A DNA stretch of 64,000 nt from Aureliella sp. (GTDB taxonomy: Bacteria > Planctomycetota > Planctomycetia > Pirellulales > Pirellulaceae). The stretch covers positions 128,001-192,000 of the forward strand of contig OY829846.1 in NCBI GenBank assembly GCA_963691875.1. Direction: 5' to 3'. Position 1 is the first letter of the stretch; each line of letters starts with the position of its first letter. Both the position numbers and the translations under genes were made by a program. Under the pieces are notes generated by a model. It worked only from the letters and a program-made list of their open reading frames with translations, was not told where the DNA came from and made no database searches. Below, in pieces: positions 18,412 through 27,497 of this stretch.

Positions 18412-18914
18412 AGATCAATCTTCTCTGCCTTGAGTTCGAATGCTCGACAGTTCAGCTGCTTGAGGGCTTCTAGTGGGTCAGATACTGCCGGATGGATGTA
18501 GTGGGCGCCGTCACACGCAAGCCGGTAGAGCAGTCCGGCTTCTTTCCACCCTTCGGAGGAGATCCATCGACCGGCGAGCACTGTTCCGTGGTTGCTGGTT
18601 TGAAGGATTCGAAGGTCTGCCGGATTGACTAGCCCTGCACGCCGCGAGACTAAAGGCAGTTTGTGAAAAGCGTAGCCAGCGTCACTGCCCTTCACTGGGA
18701 CAAGTGCCTGAGCGACTTCTTCAGTAGCGAAGCGTTCATGGTTCTGGAAACGGAATCTGACTCGACGTCGGTGCATCTCAGGACCATGTTCCGATGTGAC
18801 CGCGACCGCGCGAGGAGTGAGCAGCTGCAGCTGGTTCACTAGGTGGTTCCATTCGGCTTTCTCTAGCCGGTTCGGCTGAGCGAGCTCGACCTGGATTTCA
18901 TGTGGGATGACCAT
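18408..18914 (-). CDS. Hypothetical protein, paralog 1 of a tandem triplet
   Basis: GLVNP...HGTVLAGRWISSEG...YRLACD..HYIHP...NCRAF; AAGGAG RBS. Confidence 0.8.
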   Translation of the reverse strand: MVIPHEIQVELAQPNRLEKAEWNHLVNQLQLLTPRAVAVTSEHGPEMHRRRVRFRFQNHERFATEEVAQALVPVKGSDAGYAFHKLPLVSRRAGLVNPADLRILQTSNHGTVLAGRWISSEGWKEAGLLYRLACDGAHYIHPAVSDPLEALKQLNCRAFELKAEKIDL

Positions 18915-18978
18915 TGTTGCTCCTTACAATAAGGGGGTTCGCTGTTTGTTGGGCGACTAGTTGCAAGGCTTAGCTGTG

Positions 18979-19366
18979 AAAACGACGTTTTTAGCGAGCC
19001 TTGGAGATTAAAAACGACGTTTTCTAGGAAGCTCTAAAAACGACGTTTTTGAAAAACGACATTTTTCGGTCCAAGGAGTCCAAGTAAGGTCCAAGTAACG
19101 ACATGCGTTTGACCCAATAAAAACAAGGGTGGTCCAAGGAGTCCAAGTAAGTCTCCAAAAGTTAGTTGGGAAAAGAAAAGTGATTTAATAGCATCGAAGC
19201 GTTTCTATGTAAGGACTTTTGGGAAGTTACTTGGACTCCTTGGACCGACCAATAAAAACAAGGGTCAAACGGGTGTTCTTACCTGGACCCTACTTGGACC
19301 GAGCCCGGACCAAAACGAGAAAATAAGAAAACGACGTTTTCAGAGAAAATGACAAAACGTCGTTTT
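18979..19366. repeat. Non-coding iteron/inverted-repeat region, candidate replication origin
   Basis: Six AAAACGACGTTTT-type units; GGTCCAAGGAGTCCAAGTAA at 19068 and 19131 and inverted at 19227; AT-rich centre. Confidence 0.7.
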
Positions 19367-19413
19367 GAGGTTTTTAGACGTGAAATTTACCGTATTAGTG
19401 CAGGAGCTAAGTC

Positions 19414-19857
19414 CTACATTACGTGAGCCATCATTTCGCGTTGAGCTTTCGAAGCATCTGGCAGTCCGAGCTCGTCGAGGTACCCGTACTTGTCGAGCGT
19501 ATCCATGATGATCGCGGTCGTCTCGATCTTGCCCTGGGCAATCGCTTGCACTAGGTGAGCTGCAGGATGGATGCAGTCCCAAGTGTGTTGCTCGTTCGCG
19601 GGGTTATCGTTGGGCGATTCAGTTGCTGTCGTGGGCAGTGCCTCAGTGTACCCCTGTGGGGTCAGTTCACCGTCCGCGATAGCGATCTTGATTTCTTTGA
19701 CGGTTCGGAACAGGTGGTCGCCTGCTTCCTCTACACGCCACTTGTTACCCTCTGGGACGCAGATGTAGTCGTGCCCGTCTTTGGTCAGCTTCCAACGGTT
19801 CGATCCGTCGGGTTGTTTGAGCTTGGTTCCCTTGGGCAGTTCATTCGGGTTTACCAT
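19414..19857 (-). CDS. Hypothetical protein
   Basis: 147-aa ORF, last gene of the leftward early operon. Confidence 0.7.
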   Translation of the reverse strand: MVNPNELPKGTKLKQPDGSNRWKLTKDGHDYICVPEGNKWRVEEAGDHLFRTVKEIKIAIADGELTPQGYTEALPTTATESPNDNPANEQHTWDCIHPAAHLVQAIAQGKIETTAIIMDTLDKYGYLDELGLPDASKAQREMMAHVM

Positions 19858-19888
19858 GGTAGAAAGTAGTCCTTCGGTTAGAGTTCGT

Positions 19889-20113
19889 TTACGAGCGAGT
19901 TCGCCCGTCTAGAAAGTTCTTTGGAATAGGTTGGTTGTTGACAGTCTCTTGAGCGATCGGGAGCAGGTACGCCAGAGCCCACGCGGTGAAGGTCATCCCT
20001 TCGTCCCGAGCAGCCTTCTTGAGCGTAGCCCAAGTCGCATCGTCGACACGTCCTAGTTGCCGTGGTCGGTCCCACGCACCTTGTTTGGTCGGCGGTCTTC
20101 CTCCTTTGCTCAT
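19889..20113 (-). CDS. Small ribbon-helix-helix-like DNA-binding protein
   Basis: GGRPP...RQLGRVDDATWATLKKAARDEGMTFTAW; AAAGGAG RBS. Confidence 0.65.
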   Translation of the reverse strand: MSKGGRPPTKQGAWDRPRQLGRVDDATWATLKKAARDEGMTFTAWALAYLLPIAQETVNNQPIPKNFLDGRTRS

Positions 20114-20176
20114 CGGTTAGTTCTCCTTTCGTGTTGGTGTAGTGACGGTATGGTATCAAACGTCAATACGTGTTTT

Positions 20177-20494
20177 CTAGGCTTGATTCCCTTTCAGCAA
20201 TTTCTTTGCTTCAGCGTAACTAATGGGTTCATCGGTTATGCTGTCTCCAGGAGGATGGAACCTGCCTGCAAGCGTTGCTTTCCACCCGGTAGCGACCATT
20301 TCTTGGAAAATGGCGAGTTTTGAGTCTGGTAACAAGTACGCCCCCTCTCGCCCTGAGAACCCTGCTTTGAGAGCGTCTAGGATATGGCTTGTTGGACCCT
20401 TGTATCTGTCTCGGTTGTCTTGAGGGCGAATCGCCCAATGCAACCTGCGGTACCGTGCTCGTGAGACGGTGTAAGGTTTAGTTTCAGTGTTCAT
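20177..20494 (-). CDS. Hypothetical protein
   Basis: 105-aa ORF in a tightly packed operon. Confidence 0.6.
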   Translation of the reverse strand: MNTETKPYTVSRARYRRLHWAIRPQDNRDRYKGPTSHILDALKAGFSGREGAYLLPDSKLAIFQEMVATGWKATLAGRFHPPGDSITDEPISYAEAKKLLKGNQA

Positions 20495-20499
20495 TGGTT

Positions 20500-20784
20500 C
20501 TAGTCTCCCTCGTTTGATAAGTCGTTCGCAATTTGCCGCATCCCAGCAGAGATGCCCGTAAGCAGTGAGACAGTGGGTGGAGAGTTGTCGAGTCGATCCG
20601 CCCAGTCGCGAAGTTGTTCAGCCATCCCTTCGTTCACGTACAGCGCGGCGTTCAGGTTGTATTCGACGTGGTTGGCGATTACGTCATCCCAGTAGGAAAC
20701 AAATATTTCACTTCCGCGGATAATGATCGTCGCGCCGCGAGGAACAACGGTTTCGTTGCCTTCTGTTGCGTTAGTGGATTCCAT
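20500..20784 (-). CDS. Hypothetical protein
   Basis: GGAGG RBS; coupled to the upstream stop. Confidence 0.65.
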   Translation of the reverse strand: MESTNATEGNETVVPRGATIIIRGSEIFVSYWDDVIANHVEYNLNAALYVNEGMAEQLRDWADRLDNSPPTVSLLTGISAGMRQIANDLSNEGD

Positions 20785-21101
20785 TAGTTCCCCTCCAAAA
20801 TCTGCTTGTCGAGTTCGTAGTTCGCCATCGGTTCAAACCAGACACGTTTGCCTCCAATGTCGAGCCAGTCTCGCTCGATCTTCGATCCTAGTAAGTAGTC
20901 CGCTAGTGGATACCAGTCGTCTGAGTACACGCAGAGCGTTCCGTTTTCGTCAGCTATCGCATGTTTGATTTTGTGCTGTTCGATGAACGCATTTGCATCA
21001 GTGCGACTAGGCACCTGGTTAGGCCGTTTCGGCTTCTCGGTCAGCTTGATTCCGACCGCAGCTGCAAGCAGCAACAGAGTTACAGTGAGACTTCGTTTCA
21101 T
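20784..21101 (-). CDS. Hypothetical protein with N-terminal signal/anchor
   Basis: Likely start MKRSLTVTLLLLAAAVG at 21101 with GAGG RBS. Confidence 0.6.
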   Translation of the reverse strand: MKRSLTVTLLLLAAAVGIKLTEKPKRPNQVPSRTDANAFIEQHKIKHAIADENGTLCVYSDDWYPLADYLLGSKIERDWLDIGGKRVWFEPMANYELDKQILEGN

Positions 21102-21114
21102 GGTGGTGCCCTCG

Positions 21115-21471
21115 CTAGTTGACGAACCCGTTACGCATTGTCGAGCGTGAGTAGATTTGTGGATTTGCGACCGTCGGACAAAGATTTCGACGTAGTTCAC
21201 AGAGCTCGTCAATTTGCCGGTCAAGTTGATACAGTTCTTCGGCTACCTCGGCGATGTTGTCGAAGTCTTGCTTTCTTTGGTCCGCCAATTCGACTTGAGA
21301 CTCTGCCGATGACACGCGCCGTTCGTACTCTCGGCGGTGCTTTGAATTCTTGCGAAGTTTGGCGAGCTCTGCTCTCTGGTGTTCCAGATAGCCTCTTGCT
21401 CCTTCGAGCCTACTTGTGCCTTCGGAACGAAGCAGCTCAGCGGCTTGTTTCACAGTAAGTTTGTTTTCCAT
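21115..21471 (-). CDS. Coiled-coil hypothetical protein
   Basis: 118 aa, heptad-like charged helices, GGAG RBS. Confidence 0.65.
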   Translation of the reverse strand: MENKLTVKQAAELLRSEGTSRLEGARGYLEHQRAELAKLRKNSKHRREYERRVSSAESQVELADQRKQDFDNIAEVAEELYQLDRQIDELCELRRNLCPTVANPQIYSRSTMRNGFVN

Positions 21472-21522
21472 TTCTGTCTCTCCGGTAAGTGGTGTGTGTA
21501 AGTGGTGTGTGTAAGTGGTGAG

Positions 21523-21870
21523 TTAAAGGTAAACAGGTTCTCGGTTGTCGATACAGTCGATCGCCGTTTGGAATCGAACGTCCGCGCGTAGTTCTCGGAG
21601 TTCTGCGTTTGCTTCGATCCGTTTGGAGATCGGCATATCTTTCTGGTTCTTCAGTCGAAAGACTCGTTCGAAGAGTTCGACGTTAGACTTTGTGCTGTCG
21701 TTCAGGTGGGCAATAGCTTGGTACTTAGTGAGCTCGCAGTAGCTGTCGCCCTTCTCCGCCCGAAAGTGCAAGTGGTACTTTCCGCCCCTCCTACCGTTCC
21801 AGACTGCAACTGCTTTGCAGACAACTTGGTACCCTTGTTCGGTCAGTTTTCGGATCTGTTCTTTATTCAT
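21523..21870 (-). CDS. Hypothetical protein
   Basis: 115 aa; leader identical to that of the neighbouring gene. Confidence 0.65.
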   Translation of the reverse strand: MNKEQIRKLTEQGYQVVCKAVAVWNGRRGGKYHLHFRAEKGDSYCELTKYQAIAHLNDSTKSNVELFERVFRLKNQKDMPISKRIEANAELRELRADVRFQTAIDCIDNREPVYL

Positions 21871-21898
21871 TAGTTAGTTCCTAGTTCTTTTGTTGACG

Positions 21899-22138
21899 TT
21901 AGACGCCAAGTTTCGAAGCGTATCCGCATTCGTTTTTCAAAGCTTTGAATCCGGCTTCGTCATCCTGCCCTAGTAATTCAACTAGGTTTGCGTGGTATTG
22001 GCTCGGGACATGCCGATATGTTCGCGCGGTACGTCCCGCTTTTGTGTGTGCTCGCATCCCTGCGCGGTATTCGGCTGCGGCTAGGCGTTGAAGGTAACTC
22101 TGGGCAGACTCGAAGAAAGATCGTTTGGGGTTTCGCAT
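21899..22138 (-). CDS. Hypothetical protein
   Basis: 79 aa; leader AGAACTAGGAACTAACTA-ATG. Confidence 0.6.
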   Translation of the reverse strand: MRNPKRSFFESAQSYLQRLAAAEYRAGMRAHTKAGRTARTYRHVPSQYHANLVELLGQDDEAGFKALKNECGYASKLGV

Positions 22139-22585
22139 TAGTTAGTTCCTAGTTCTCGTGTTAGTTTTCGTTGTAATCTTCGTTTGGTAAGTCCCACCGA
22201 ACTTGCAAACCAGCAAATCGGTTCGGAGCACTGTAAAGACAGCGGAACGGTAGTTTGTCTCGAAGCTCGAAGAATTCGTCCTCCTTGCTTCGCGGTAGAT
22301 AGAAGTACTCACCTCAGGGTTCGACTACTTGTCGAGTCGCCCCTAGTCGCGCAAGAGCAGCTCTTGTTACGCGACGTAGTTTCTTCGTCTCTTCTGTTTG
22401 CTCTTTTCTGGTCATAGCTGGACTCCTAGTTCTTGTGTTGCCAGTTCTTCGAAGACTCGTTCAGACATGGTTCAGTTCCTAGTTGCAGAGATACAGCCAG
22501 AGGATGTAAACGAGTTCGATAAGTCTGACCGTATAGACAATCAGGCCGTGATAGTCGTTCTTTTCGTACCATTGTTTGCGGTTCA

Positions 22586-23305
22586 TCAAATTAACTCGGC
22601 TTCTAGTTTTTGTGCTCGTGATTCGAATTCGCGCAGAGTTACTTGCTGACATATCCGGGCGCCGTGTTTGTGCCCTTTGGACAAGTAGTAAAACTGCTGG
22701 TCCAAGTGGGGCCACGCAAAGAAACTCGTTTTGGTTTCCGCCTTGTCGGTCAGCCAGTTTGCTCGAAGGGTTCGACCAAACCGGTTTGGTTTGGATTCGA
22801 GAATCTCGAATACGTATCCGTTAGATTCTTGGCTTAGCGTGTTGACTAGTCGCACTGCCGGTTCGCGTAGTTGCTCCGGTTTCAGATACAGCCGCCGATC
22901 CGTAGTTAGGAGAGCAGCGCGAGCAACTGGTTTCCCTGCTGAAAAGTTCAGCCAGAACTGAAAGTGGGGACAGAACTGAAAGCAAACTCCCTCGATAGTG
23001 CGGGTCCGACGTTCAGCCCATTTTGCTAAGTACCGCTCTTGGTGAACGTATGGGCGCCGCGAAAGTTCCACGCGGTAAGCGCGTATCTGGTGGTGCAATT
23101 CGCAAATGTAGCCAACCTGATCGGAGCTTGCCGACCGGCCAAGCTTGTGTAGTTCTTCAAGCAGATCTTCTTCGGAGCAGTACCGTTTGCTCTTAATCTC
23201 TGCGATTATCGCGCTATGCGGAATCGCGCGGAACACTCGCATAACTTCGCGAAGTTTCTTTGTTCTTTCTTTGTCGTCCATCGTCGAACCCTTAAAAGTT
23301 GCCAA
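22586..23305 (-). CDS. Hypothetical basic protein
   Basis: 239-aa ORF; start probably MDDKER. Confidence 0.65.
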   Translation of the reverse strand: MATFKGSTMDDKERTKKLREVMRVFRAIPHSAIIAEIKSKRYCSEEDLLEELHKLGRSASSDQVGYICELHHQIRAYRVELSRRPYVHQERYLAKWAERRTRTIEGVCFQFCPHFQFWLNFSAGKPVARAALLTTDRRLYLKPEQLREPAVRLVNTLSQESNGYVFEILESKPNRFGRTLRANWLTDKAETKTSFFAWPHLDQQFYYLSKGHKHGARICQQVTLREFESRAQKLEAELI

Positions 23306-23356
23306 CTAAGCAGAGCAGACCGCACTAGAAAGCCAGTGCGGCATCGCTCCGACTAG

Positions 23357-24709
23357 TTAGCTCAACGGGATAACCTTGCCGTACGGGATTCGCTCCGGAC
23401 GAACAGAGTGTTCAGAAAGCGCCCAACAAACGGGAAAGCGCGGTTTCTTGGGATAGCTCGCATACCCGTCAGTGAGCATTACGAGAGCAGCTGCGTCGAC
23501 TTTCTTTGCGTGAGCGAAACACTCTTTAAAGTCAGTACCACCGCTCTCGATTTTGCCGACTTTGAACCGTTCGCCATTGCGGAACACGTCCACGCGGTAG
23601 ACTTCGGAATGGAAATAGACGACATGCAATTCGGAGAATGTAGAGTTGCTGAAAACAGAGTTGAGAGCAGCTGAGACCCGTTCTATTTCTTTGCGTCCGA
23701 TCGATCCGGACGTGTCGACAGCAAAAACGAGTTTTTCGAGTCCATCGTTGCGGTAGCTCGCATAATGGACGCCCATAGCAGCTAAGCGCTTATCTGCAAC
23801 GTTCCAATCTCCGGCAGACGGTTCGCATTGCTCCACAAATTGGGATAGGTAGGATTCAAGCGCTCGAGATTGTTTGCGCTCTTGCGCTGCTATCGTCTCG
23901 ATTCCGTTTGCTTTGCCCTTCCCAGCTGCTTTTTCCGCAATAGCTGCGCGTTGAACTGCTCGCGATACTTCGCGGTCCAATTTCTGCAGCTGCTCCGGAG
24001 TCGAAGCGCCGTCAATCACACCGCCCATCGAGACTTGGCAAGCTTCGCTTGCTTGTCCTTGTCCTTGCCCTTGTCCTTGCCCTTGTCCTTGTCCTTGTCC
24101 TTGTCCTTGTCCTTGTCCTTGCCCTTGTCCTTGTCCTTGTCCTTGTCCTTGTCCTTGTCCTTGCCCTTGTCCTTGTCCTTGTCCTTGCCCTTGTCCTTGT
24201 CCTTGTCCTTGTCCTTGTCCTTGTCCTTGTTTCTGCTCCTGCTCCTGCTCTTGTTCAAGTTGCCGATAAATATCGTACTCGTTCATTCCCCGGTATTTCT
24301 CGTCGAGCAGTCCATCGGTTGGCATCGCAAGCCAGTCTTCCGACTTGGCAAGATCGGACAACGTCAAGTTGATAACGTAATCAGCTGCAACGTTGAAAAG
24401 CTTTGCGTCGCGCTTTCCGCGCCGCAGGTGGTGTTTAAGCGCAACGTGTAAAATTTCATGCAAGTAAACAAACGCGCGTTCTTGCTGGTTCAGAGCGTTC
24501 CAAAAGTCGACTCCGAACCAAACAAACTTTCCGTTGGTACAAGCAGTCTCGACTTGGTCAGTAAAAGCAAAGTTGAAAATCGAGCTCAAAGCAAAGTATC
24601 CGGGCGCTTTCATCCGGACGCGCAAGCGTATCTTGTCGAGTTGTCGTTTTTGTTCTTCTGTTGGTTGAACTTCGTTAAACATGGGAGAAAAAACCTTAGG
24701 TAGTGCCAA
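23357..24709 (-). CDS. DUF2201-type HEXXH metallopeptidase plus vWA-like domain
   Basis: TACTNG, LHEILHVALKH, NVAADYVIN; C-terminal VDTSGS, GGTDF, LTDGY; (GQ)n linker. Confidence 0.9.
   Translation of the reverse strand: MALPKVFSPMFNEVQPTEEQKRQLDKIRLRVRMKAPGYFALSSIFNFAFTDQVETACTNGKFVWFGVDFWNALNQQERAFVYLHEILHVALKHHLRRGKRDAKLFNVAADYVINLTLSDLAKSEDWLAMPTDGLLDEKYRGMNEYDIYRQLEQEQEQEQKQGQGQGQGQGQGQGQGQGQGQGQGQGQGQGQGQGQGQGQGQGQGQGQGQGQGQGQGQGQASEACQVSMGGVIDGASTPEQLQKLDREVSRAVQRAAIAEKAAGKGKANGIETIAAQERKQSRALESYLSQFVEQCEPSAGDWNVADKRLAAMGVHYASYRNDGLEKLVFAVDTSGSIGRKEIERVSAALNSVFSNSTFSELHVVYFHSEVYRVDVFRNGERFKVGKIESGGTDFKECFAHAKKVDAAALVMLTDGYASYPKKPRFPVCWALSEHSVRPERIPYGKVIPLS
24053..24229 (-). repeat. 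Hexanucleotide tandem repeat encoding about 29 GQ units
   Basis: (ccttgt/ccttgc)n on the plus strand. Confidence 0.95.
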
Positions 24710-24732
24710 TGATACCGGGAAATTTACCGCAA

Positions 24733-25758
24733 CTAGTCTGCAAGTAGATCTTGGAAAGCAGCAACCGCGTCAGCCCATGCTGGCGAGCTCCTGAAACTTG
24801 GGAACTTAGCGCGTAGATCCCAAACGAGTCCGAACCCTGAAACACGGTCCGTACGTTCCGCGTACGTAACAACGTTTGCAAACTGCGCGTGGTTGTCCTC
24901 ACAAGCGCCAATGATTGCAGCTGCGTAGCAGCATTGTTCCTCAACCTTGGAAGGAACCGGGGCAGAATCCGGACTCTGCAGAACTAGTTGCGGGTCCGGA
25001 GTCTCAATCTCGCGAAAAGCTAAGTACTTAGCGCCAACGTCCTGACCTAGACAACCTACGCACTGCAGTTCCGCAATGGTCGGATCGGCGCTTATCTGCG
25101 CCGCGGATTCAAGTCGGTTCAACCGCTCGTAATCCCTTGGAGTCGCGCCCGCGTAGCTGTCGTCCGGATCGAATCCGTCATTAACTGCAGTTTCGCCAAA
25201 CGCGCGGATGAACCCTAGCAGCTTCGAATCCCATGCTCGCGAATACCCAAACTGCAACAGCGTCTGATAGCAAGCTTGCAGAGTCACGCACAAACAGCGA
25301 CCCTTGAGAGCGGTGGAAATTTCGCGAGCAGCTGCGCTATCCTCTGGCCGATTGGACGCAGCGCAAACGTAGGAACCGTCTGCAAGTTTGTGTTCGCCTA
25401 GCGTATGGTCGTTAATGAGACGATACCAAGCAGACTGTTCGAAGCTAACGCAATCCCCTAACTCGTCAATTAGTATCAAGACTGGCTTGTCCAGTGGGAT
25501 ACGTCCGGACGCAGCGCGTTGGGTCTTTCCGTCTTCGACGTGATACAGTCCCGCCAAGTCAATCGGATTATTCTCGCGAGTCGATAGAACATAGACACCA
25601 CCGGTAAAACGATCTGCGAACGCTCTGCCAAGCGCTTCAACAATAGTCGTTTTTCCGAGTCCTGGTTGACCGAAAAGCAGAGTTGGAACGTTGCAGACGA
25701 CGTTAGCGCCCAAAATTTTCTTGACTTGGGAAATAGTAGCGGTTGGAACGTTGGTCAT
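24733..25758 (-). CDS. MoxR-like AAA+ ATPase
   Basis: GQPGLGKT, ILIDEL, AASN, ALKGR, ATPRDY motifs. Confidence 0.9.
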   Translation of the reverse strand: MTNVPTATISQVKKILGANVVCNVPTLLFGQPGLGKTTIVEALGRAFADRFTGGVYVLSTRENNPIDLAGLYHVEDGKTQRAASGRIPLDKPVLILIDELGDCVSFEQSAWYRLINDHTLGEHKLADGSYVCAASNRPEDSAAAREISTALKGRCLCVTLQACYQTLLQFGYSRAWDSKLLGFIRAFGETAVNDGFDPDDSYAGATPRDYERLNRLESAAQISADPTIAELQCVGCLGQDVGAKYLAFREIETPDPQLVLQSPDSAPVPSKVEEQCCYAAAIIGACEDNHAQFANVVTYAERTDRVSGFGLVWDLRAKFPSFRSSPAWADAVAAFQDLLAD

Positions 25759-25809
25759 TTTTGAAACTTTCGAAAGTGAGTAATAAACGGGAAATTTGCC
25801 GTAATTGGA

Positions 25810-26850
<1,041 letters not shown>

Positions 26851-26988
26851 GGGTGATATTCCTTAGATGGTGCCAGTGGGACGGAACTTTGCGGGAAATT
26901 TCCCTGCAGTCTAGTATTCGAACGAACAGCAATTACGTCAATACAAAAACTGCAATTAGCTGTAACTTTACCGCAAATATCCGTCTGC

Positions 26989-27260
26989 TCGTCAGCTGCG
27001 TCTAGTGCTCCTGCTCGTCAGCTGCGTCTAGTGCTCCGTTCGTCAGCTGCGTCTAGTGCTCCGTTCGTCAGCTGCGTCTAGTGCTCCTGCTCGTCAGCTG
27101 CGTCTAGTGCTCCGTTCGTCAGCTGCGTCTAGTGCTCCGTTCGTCAGCTGCGTCTAGTGCTCCTGCTCGTCAGCTGCGTCTAGTGCTCCGTTCGTCAGCT
27201 GCGTCTAGTGCTCCGTTCGTCAGCTGCGTCTAGTGCTCCTGCTCGTCAGCTGCGTCTAGT
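26989..27260. repeat. Non-coding tandem repeat, 11 units of 25/26 bp with a 76-bp higher-order period
   Basis: Core tcgtcagctgcgtctagtgctcc followed by tgc (A) or gt (B), order ABB ABB ABB A plus a partial unit. Confidence 0.95.
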
Positions 27261-27324
27261 CGCTGGGATTGCGCGGAGATGAACCGGAGAATTGCGCGGA
27301 GGTGCAGCGGGGGTTTGCCGCGTC

Positions 27325-27366
27325 GGGTCCTTTGGACGCCCCCACACCCCCTGCGGGGCCTGCGGG
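27325..27366 (+). other. Candidate lambda-like cos site (cosQ plus cosN-like sequence)
   Basis: GGGTCCT at 27325-27331, then 23 nt, then G-rich GGGGCCTGCGGG; directly upstream of the terminase gene. Confidence 0.5.
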
Positions 27367-27426
27367 AACAACCACCACAAGCCAATAAATATTGCAATGT
27401 GTGGAGGCTAGGCGCTCCCGTATTGT

Positions 27427-27455
27427 TTGACTGTTTCTACCTGTCACGGTAAATT
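27427..27455 (+). promoter_or_regulatory. Sigma70-like promoter for the terminase operon
   Basis: TTGACT-N17-TAAATT, with the -10 inside a degenerate operator-like motif. Confidence 0.6.
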
Positions 27456-27497
27456 AGCGGCAGAAATCCCGTAAAAAACAAAGGTAAGGACGCATTT

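Noticed and set aside
26989..27260. CRISPR array
   Set aside because: Units are directly adjacent with only 2-3 nt variation and no unique spacers. The only Cas4-like gene is a standard phage DUF2800.
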